Source: a virus
Taxonomy: Duplodnaviria; Caudoviricetes
Virus record (IMG/VR): IMGVR_UViG_3300013094_000069
Coordinates: 1-52,263 of that record
DNA: 52,263 nucleotides
Strand: one strand, 5' to 3'
Both the position numbers and the translations under genes were made by a program. Below the pieces are notes generated by a model, which did not search any database, was not told the origin of the DNA, and saw only the letters and a list, made by a program, of their open reading frames with translations. Of this stretch, positions 10,401 to 19,500 are shown piece by piece; the first letter of the stretch is position 1; the number at the start of each line of letters is the position of its first letter.

Positions 10401-10557
10401 GGCTAATACTGATTTAGTGTTTGGTAATTATTTCCAAATTAATTCAGAGCCATGGGAAATTATAACCAGTGCTGCAACAGTAAATGATATCGATGTAGTA
10501 ACTGCTGTAACCGCAGCACAATTAAATCTAGGCAATCCCTTAGTAGGAACTTATTAA
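7447..10557 (+). CDS. gp6: baseplate wedge subunit gp6-like
   Basis: DFTSYDFETLR...ENFLDTAQRRDSILKLARMLSYNP, FGDG and QNRMITAEDY motifs of T4 gp6/baseplate J. Confidence 0.85.
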   Translation: MAQNTRQTNLLVQQDWTKVYQSFTNADFTSYDFETLRSTMMNYLQNYYPDTFNDWIESSEYVALIDLIAFLGQSLAFRTDLNSRENFLDTAQRRDSILKLARMLSYNPQRTNSASGLIKIDSIKTTESVYDSFGNNLANSTIHWNDNTNDNWLEQFTNILNASLVSAQAIGKPANSQLISGIQTDEYTINLNTNSLPLAPFSVTVQGTSTNFEAVSATSLGQTYIYEKDPTMSGQFNVLYRNDNNGNNSNNTGFFVYFKQGSLQAADFTITNAVPNNYVAISTNNINQTDNWLYVLDVNKNPTTLWTETPALQGINVIYNQLTNKNLYQLNSQAGDQVNIVFGDGSFSNIPSGAFRFYFRASNGLSYTINPDDMSSVVIAFNYIGANNSQQVLTITASLKYTVTNATAAQSLDSIKTNAPQQYYTQNRMITAEDYNIFPLTNFSSIQKIKTVNRTSSGVSLYLDQLDPTGSYSSTNIFCDDGILYANTIVNSSTFNFLSTNDVYSAIYNDIVPIINSVEMRNYYYANYPRFNSPATNVTFSQVSSSTSSSSGYLQVSGTTQQVGPGITGNLQYVNTGASLLFTAPAGYYFDAQNNIKSGTPTVNGDRTSFYASVTSVVPNSNEYATPSLVNFGTVVPSGALLSDSDLDWNYCIIPPYKNDLTTGLISTIITQINAKVNFGLTYDQVDQTWVNIPPASIGSNSTWLLKFVYSQGTYTVSSKILQYIFASAGETNFYFDPTVRVYDSITGRTITDIIKILKINTQPNSSYPMGVDVAWQVYDTITDPSGYADTDRVVVRMPTTQLDGVPDNPDLYTTVAGVSTSRNGLYFQWQHNSPSRSRIDPTPINIMDVYILTADYATSYLEWIQDITGTVEEPTLPTSGSLEVAYSTLDNYKAVSDTLVYNPAQFKPLFGSKAESSLQARFQVVINPASSITPNEIKSQMIAAINKYFDLSNWDFGDTFYFSELAAYLHTSLAPNLASVVIVPANTDLVFGNYFQINSEPWEIITSAATVNDIDVVTAVTAAQLNLGNPLVGTY

Positions 10558-13500
10558 TGAGTTTAGTAAATACAATTAATTTTTTACCAGAAGTATTTAG
10601 AACTTCTCCAAACCAAGCATTTTTAAATGCAACAATGGATCAGTTAACTGCTGACTCGGTTAATACACCATTGAATGGATATATTGGTCGTACTTTTAGT
10701 CCTACTTATAAATCTGGTGATAACTACGTTCCTGAAATAAATTCATTCCGTAAAAATTATCAACTTGAGCCTACTGTAGTAGTTAAAAACTCTGATGGAT
10801 CAGTTAAGTTCAAATCAACTTATATTGACCTGTTACATAACATTGGAAGCTCTGGCGGTGTTAGCAATAACGCACAAAGATTATTTGGATCTGAAAGTTA
10901 TAGTTACGATGGTAAATTTGATTATGATAAGTTTGTAAACTACTACAAGTACTATTGGTTGCCCAATGGTCCGTCAGCAATTAATGTTTATGCAGACCAA
11001 GTACCGTATACAGCAGACTATACAGTTACACGAAATATAGCCAATGGTGGTTACACGTTCAGTGGGCAAGGACAACAACCAAACACTCCTATTACACTGG
11101 CACGTGGCGGAACATACGAATTTAAAATTAATCAACCAGGATTCCAGTTCTGGATTCAAAATGCACCTGGTGTATCTGGTACAGCCACTGGATTGCCTAC
11201 TGTATCTACTAGACAAATTTTTGGTGTAACCAATAATGGTACTGATTCCGGAACTATCAGATTTAATGTGCCGTTAGCAACTGCACAAGATTTTTATAGT
11301 GGAATGACAATTGCTGGACCAACCAATGGAGTTGATGCTGCAACACAGGAATTTGGCTATACTGCAATACAAAATAAACTATTAAGCAGTTTCTTAGCAG
11401 AATATCCCACTGGCATAGATGGATTGAATAATCAACTAGCCGGTAAAAATATTGTTTTCCTTAATACCGGCACTAATGATGTCGATGATTCATTCTGGAC
11501 TACTCCTGCAGTTCCTGCTGGATTATCATCTATTGACATCAGTGATATTAGACCGGGCTATGTAATACCTACAGATACACGACGCAATGTTTGGACTATT
11601 CGTTTAATACCAGTTGATGCAAATAATTCTGATTATCTAATTCAATTGCATCCAACGTATACAATCAATCCCTCGCAAAAGATCTTTGTGCGTGCAGGGT
11701 TAACCTTTGCTTCTTTACAATTTTGGCTAAACAACAATTATTTGTATACTGCTGTGCCAGCAATAACAGCGGCTGCAGATTATTTGTACTATCAAGATAG
11801 CAGTAATCCCGGATTCTTTGGCGAAATTAAAATCGTTGATAATGTAGGAACACCAATTAATGTTACTACTGATATATTAGGAAAAAAAGGTTATACAAGT
11901 CCTAACGGGGTAATATTTACTAACGGTATTAAAATTGCATTTGACTCTACTGCATTGCCAAGCACTTATGCTAATAGCGAATATTATGTAGACGGCGTTG
12001 GTACTAGCATATCTTTAGTTCCTGTTGATCAATTGGTAGTCCCAGAATCATTTGGTACACAAATTGATGTAAATCCGGATTACGTTACTATTAATAGAAG
12101 TAGCCAAGATCGAAATGCATGGAGTAGATATAATCGCTGGTTCCACACAGACGCATTGGCCGCAACTGCAACATACAATCAAACTGCAATTGACTATGGT
12201 CCAAATATTCCGGCACGTAGACCAATTATTGAGTTTAATCCAAATTTACAATTGTTTAATTACGGTACTACTGCATTAGACAACGTAAACATTGTGATAT
12301 TTTCAAATCCCGTAGCAAACATAGTAAGCGGCGGAACATATACTATTTTGTCAGTTGGCACTACTAACTTTGTGAGTTTAGGTGCTGCCACAAATACCGT
12401 GGGCACTACATTTGTTGCTACTAGAAATGGATCATCAGGCGATGGCACTGGTACAACTACCACTGATGCATTTAATCAAGTTGAAGGACAAGCAACTGCA
12501 ACGGTAGACGGTGTTGCTGTTGCAAACGGTCAGCTTATTGTTTTTGCCAACGATTATGATATAAATGTAAAAAATAAAATATGGAAAGTTGTTATACAGG
12601 TTATAAATGCTGTTAACTTTATTACCTTAGTTAACACTGGCACATCAGTTACTGCTGGTACTAACATTCTTGCTTTGGATGGCGGCAATGCCGGAAATAG
12701 CTATCACTTTGACGGTACCAATTGGCACACATCACAGGAAAAAACTGTAATTAATCAAGCTCCATTATTTGACCTGGTAGACATAAATGGATATAGTTTT
12801 GGCGATACCACAGTATATCCAAACAGTACATTTGCAGGAACAAAAAACTTTGGATATCCTGTAGTTACCAGCGGCACAAATGATACAATTTTAGGATTCC
12901 CACTTCAATATCAGAATTTTGATAACATTGGTGATATTGTTTATAAAAATTATTACGATTCTGACACATTCAGTTATACAGAAAATAATTCAACAGTCAC
13001 TGTAAACTGCAACTCAGGATACTTTGCTGTTAATAGTGGCACATCTGTAACTAAAGAAAACAATTGGGTCGCTAATGTTGAACCCACTGAACAATACCAG
13101 GTGTTCACAAAATTCTTTGATGGTACTACATTAACAATACCTGAGTCTCCATCTATATATCCTGTTAATAATACAGTTGCCGCAGGTGATTATGCTTTTA
13201 TTCAAGTTGACGTATTACCAAATACTACAGAAACTTCAATACCATATGTAAAAGTTTCATTGAACAACACTATATTAACCGCAGGCACCGATTATAATTT
13301 AATTACATTTGGTGTTTATTATGTAGTTCAATTAATGACTTTACCAACAGTTGGTGACAAGATTGATGTGCAAATTTACAGCGATAGTGTGAGCACATTA
13401 GGCTACTATGAAGTTCCTAAGAATCTAGACCAGAATCCTTTAAACGAAGCATTTCCAACAATTACACTTGGTCAATTAAGAACTCACTATACCAAGTTAA

Positions 13501-16500
13501 TTGAAAACTATTCCGGTACAACACCAACTCAGGATACTTACTTAAAGTCACAAGGTGGTACTATTACCACTCACAGTAGTCCTGTGATTTATGCATCAAC
13601 ATTTTTAAATGACCCAACAGTTAATTTTATAAATGGCATAACACTAGCAAGAAAAGAATACAATAGATTTAAAAATAAGTTTTTAATGCTGTGTGCATCT
13701 TTATCTACATTGGATTATAGTAATCCTGTTAGTGGTGTTGATACAATTTTACAAAGTATAAATCTAGTTAAGAACAATAGTTTCCCTTGGTATTACAGTG
13801 ATATGGTACCACAAGGAGGTTCTTACAGTACAATCACTTACAATATATTAAATGCAAATCAGACTCAGTACGAAATTAATTCATTATTTGACAATACAGT
13901 ATTAAGCAATCGTGCGGTATTGGTGTATTTAAATAATGTACAATTAACAGTTAATATTGATTATACATTTAGCCAAGTGACTCCTTCGATTAATATAACA
14001 AAGGCATTGACAGTTGGTGATGTATTAACTATCAGAGACTACTCAAACACTGACGGAAATTACATTCCTGAAACTCCTAGTAAATTAGGATTGTATCCAA
14101 CGTTTGTACCAAGCATATACGTTGATAATACATATCTAAAACCCACTACTGTAATTTTAGGACACGACGGCTCCAAGACTCCGGCGTTTGGTGATTTTAG
14201 AGATCAGTATTTGCTTGAGCTTGAGCGTAGAATTTACAATAATATTAAAACTGATTATAGTACAAATGAAATTGATCGTTATGATATTATACCAGGACGT
14301 TTCAGAAAAACTGATTATTCACTTAGTGAATTCACACAGTTATTAACTCAAAATTTCCTACAGTGGTCTGGAGCAAATAGAGTAGACTACTCTACCAACA
14401 GTTGGTACAACGCAAATAATCCATGGGCATGGAACTATGCTTATTCTCCAGACACAATTGATGGATCTAAGTTACAGGGCTATTGGAGAGCAGTATATCA
14501 ATATTTCTACGACACAGATACTCCTAATATAAGTCCATGGGAAATGTTGGGTTTTGGTAGTGCGCCTTCGTGGTGGATAACACGTTATGGCCCAGCACCT
14601 TATACAAAAGGAAACAGTACACTATGGGACGATTTAGAAGCTGGTTACATTTGGAATAATGGAAGTCCTTATAATGATAAGAGATTTGCTAGACCAGGTC
14701 TAAGCAAAATTATTCCTGTTGATAACTATGGTAATCTATTAGATCCAAGTGCAATTCCTTTATCAACACAAACATTAAACGGATATTCATCTGCAGATTT
14801 TGCAGTTGGGCACCAAGGCCCAGTTGAAACAGCCTGGAGAAACAGCAGTGATTTCCCATATGCTTTGCAACAGGCATTTGCATTGGCTAAGCCAGCTCAG
14901 TATTTTTCAACACAAATTGACACTTCGTTATTGTACAAGAATCCAATAACTGAACAATTCAGCACAGTTAACAATAACAAAATTAATCCAATGGTGTTAA
15001 ACGTAAATGGTGATAGTACCTCAGGTACTACCAAGCGTACCAGCGGTTATATTAACTGGATTGGCGATAGCATTAAGAATCTCGGAATTGATCCAGTATC
15101 TGTTCTTAATAATTACTTTTCAAATTTCTTTGTACAATTAAGTTATAAAGTAGGTGGATTCACTGATAAGAAAATATTAACAGTTAGTGCAGAACAAACT
15201 ACACCAAGTTCAACTAATGCTGGTGTTATTATTCCCGATGAGAATTACAAAATATATCTAAGTAAGTCTGTACCAATTAGCACAGCCACATATAGTGCAG
15301 TTATTGTAGAAAAGACATTAAGTGGGTATAGCGTAAGCGGATATGACCTTGGAAATCCATTCTTTACAATCATTCCAAGTTCTATTAACAATAACAATAC
15401 TTTGTTAACCAGCAATGGCGTATCAGCACCTATATACCGTGACTCATCTAATACAATGTCTTCGGTTGCATACGGAACAGAATTTGCAAACGTACAGCAA
15501 GTAGTAGACTTCTTAGTAAGTTATCAACGATACCTAAGTCTACAAGGATTTGTGTTCACTGAGTATAACACAGATCTTCAAAGACAACAGGACTTTGTAT
15601 TAAGTGCTGAAGAATTTTTGTACTGGAGCCAACAAGGATGGGGTAGTGGTACTATTATTGTTCTAAACCCAATCACTACTAGTTTAGAATTAGTATCGTC
15701 ATACACAGTAGTAGATGAAATTACAAATGATGTTAACGGCAGTCGGTTAGCAGATCAAAACTTTAATCCTATACGCACACACGTAGTAAGCGTACTGCGT
15801 GACAGCGTGTTTTTAGCTGAATATAACAATCCGTGGAATGTATTTAAATTAACAGTAGTTGATGGCACAAGTGTATGCTTTGCTAAATTTAATCTAGTTC
15901 AATATGAACACACATTGCTATTTGATAATGTTGATGACTTTGGTGATATCATATATGTTCCTAGTCAGGGTACTAGACAATTTAGATTAAAACTAAGTGG
16001 ACACAAAACTGGAGCATGGACAGGTATGCTGTCTGCACCTGGCTACGTATACAGCAATCCCACTATTCTACAGTTTAAAACTGATTATGATTATAAAATG
16101 GGTGATATTGTTGAGTTTGGCAGCAATTACTATACTGCACCAATGGATATACCTGCTAGTGACAAGTTTAATATCACACAATGGACACCAATTCTAGCAT
16201 CAGACATACAAACAGGATTATTGCCAAGTCTGGGCTACAATGCACAAAAATTTGAAAATTATTATGATGTTGATGTTCCTCCCCAGGAAGAAGACCTACA
16301 GCTATACAGCGCAGGATTAATTGGCTTCAGAGAACGTCCTTACTTGACTGATCTTGGTATTACTATTCCGAATCAAACTAAATTCTATCAAGGATATATC
16401 AAGCAAAAAGGATCATTGAATTCTATTTTAGCTTTAACTAAAGCAGATTTTGAAAATGTTCAGTCATCAATTACAACCTATGAAGAATGGGCATTTTTAG

Positions 16501-19500
16501 CTGGCAAGTACGGTGACTTAAATCAAATTCAATTCAATGAATTTATTTTAGACCAATCAGTGTTTACTACTAATCCAGTTGCATTTACGTATTCGCCAAC
16601 TTATGCAACTGGTAACATTCTAGTAGATTTAAGTTCTGCAAATATCTATAACTCTAGCAATTTGTCTAGTTCAATAACATCTATATACGATAACAGAACT
16701 GACAACAAATATATTACAGATTTGCCAACAGCAGGTTTTGTTAATTTCAATGACATTAACTCAACATTGTTTAACATAGCTGATGCAACACCCGCTGATG
16801 TATTAAACATTGGGGTTGGACACAAACTATGGGTTGCTAAAAATTCATCAGATAACTGGGACGTATTAAGAGTTACAGAAACAAACTTAGTGGCAACAAC
16901 ACTAGCCTATACTTTAAATTCATATGCACAATTGATATTCAATGGCGCACATGCATTTGAAGCTGGTGATTCGTTAGTACTAACAAACTTTAATACCACA
17001 TACGGTAATTACAACGGAGTTTATTCAGTAATTAGTGTTCCTAATAGTGTATCTGTTATTATAAACATATCACCAGCTGCTGGAAATAATTTATTGTACT
17101 TGGTACAAAATAGTCCAGTTACTGCAACAGGCACAGTATATTCATTGGACTCACTGGTAACTAATTCGTTTGCCAATGTAACGGCACTTAAACCATTGAA
17201 TGGTTGGAGAGACAACGATAGACTATGGGTTAATAATGCCACAAAGAATGGTTGGGGAGTTTATACATATAGCCGTCCATGGTTAGCAAATGCTGTAACA
17301 CATTTAACTGCAAACACAGCAGTATCAAATTCATTCTTTGGTAATGTTGTAAAAATAAACCACCATAATGATACTATATATGTCGGAAATCCCATTCGCG
17401 GCAATGTGCAATCATTTGCAAATGTAAATGGTACATATACTGCATCAACCACATTGTCAAACGCAAATCCAACGTTTGGGTACGGTATAGCCAGTAAAGG
17501 CAATATTACTGTAGTCAGTGCACCACAGGTTGGTAATGTCCATGTGTATTACAATAACTCGCATGTACAAATGATTCATTCACCAAATGCATCGGGACAG
17601 TTTGGATATAGCATTTCAATGAGTGATGATCAACATTGGTTGTATGTTTCAGAACCAGTGTCTGATTATATTCAAGCCTACTGGACTGCAAATGTTGATT
17701 CAACAGTAAATTATACTAGTGTTGCTTCTATTCACTGCGGTGTAAATAATTTCATACAAACTGTTGTCACTAACGGCAATGGTAATATATTGATTGCTGG
17801 ATCTCCGGTTAGTTCTTCACCTAGCCAATCAATCAATGGCAATGTTTATGTATACAAACAATCAGGAAGTGGATTAACTGCAACATACACATTATCACAA
17901 ACAATAACCAGCCAGTATCAAAATAAAAATGCTGGATTTGGATATAGTATTGCAGTTGATTATACTGGTGGCAATGTGTTTATTGGTGCGCCTGGATCTA
18001 CACAATCGGGCGTATTAGCGGGACAAATTGAACGTTATGTTCTAAACAGTGGAACTTATTCTTTTAAAGAATACATTGCACATCCGTTTGGCAATGTGTC
18101 AGCCAGTAACTTCGGAGCAACAGTGGCTGTAAATGGCCCAGGTAATTTAGTAGTAGTTTCTGCAACTGGTGCAAAAGGCCACGAAGAAACTACATTTGAT
18201 AATAATTTATTATTAATTGATGAAGGATCAACAATATTTGTAGATGCTGTTTATCACAGCGGAGCTGCTTACATTTACGAACCTATTATTGATCAGACAA
18301 TTTCTAATAACCTAGGAAACTTTACATTTACACAAGAGCTCGAGTCGCAGGTTATCACTGGCGACCAATTTGGCTACGCAGTTGATGTATCATATGGTAC
18401 CATTGCTGTTACTAGCCCTGGAGCAAATCATAATAGTGGTAATGTTGAAATTTTCCATAATCCTAACCAATTGCCAGTATGGACACTAACTAGGTCTGAA
18501 ACTCCACAAGTTGATATTGACACAGTTAATCGAACATTTATCTATAACAAAACAAATAACAATATATTAGCGGCGTTAGATTACATTGATCCTAAAAAAG
18601 GAAAATTGTTAAATGCTATAGACAAGGATATTGATTTTAAATTAGAAAATGACCCTGCTGTTTATAACGCAGGATCGTCGGCGACAAACACTGACATACA
18701 TTGGGGGCCTACACAAGTTGGTAGAATTTGGTGGGATTTGAGTTCTGTTAGATACGTTGAATATGAACAAGATGAATTAATTTATCGATTAACAAACTGG
18801 GGATCAACCTTCCCTGGCAGTAAAATTAATGTTTACCAGTGGGTGGAGAGTACAGTATTACCGAGCCAGTATGTAAACAACGGTGGTACTGGAACCCCAT
18901 TACATCCAAAAGACACAGAATATTGTACTTACGGATATGTTGATCAAGTTGGTAATGTACACTTAACTTATTATTTCTGGGTAACCAACTTAGATACTGT
19001 TTATCCTGGAAAAACAAATAGTGTAATCAGCATTATTGCTGGAATTGAAAATCCACAAAGTCAGGGTATTCCGTACTCAACAGTATTGCGTGATGATACA
19101 GTTGCATTATATAACGTCAACAATCTATTAACAGGACAAAATAGTGTAGTCCACTTGGAAAAACGTACAGTTGATTCAGGACTAATACACAGTGAGTATG
19201 CGCTAGTTCAAGAAGGAAATCCTGCTAGTCAAATACCTAACGTATTATTAAGTAAATTAATTGATAGTTTATCCGGCGAAGATGCAGCTGGCAATCTGGT
19301 GCCAGATCCTGCACTTACACCTGCACAAGCATATGGCATTAGCATTAAACCAAGACAAGGTATGTTTATCAACAACCAATTGGCGCTAACAAATTATATA
19401 CAACTGGTTAACAAAGTATTAGCATCTTATCCAATCGCTGAACGTAAAGTTTTAACATTAATGAACAGCAGTGAGCCAATCCCAGCTGCTAATTCGGGTG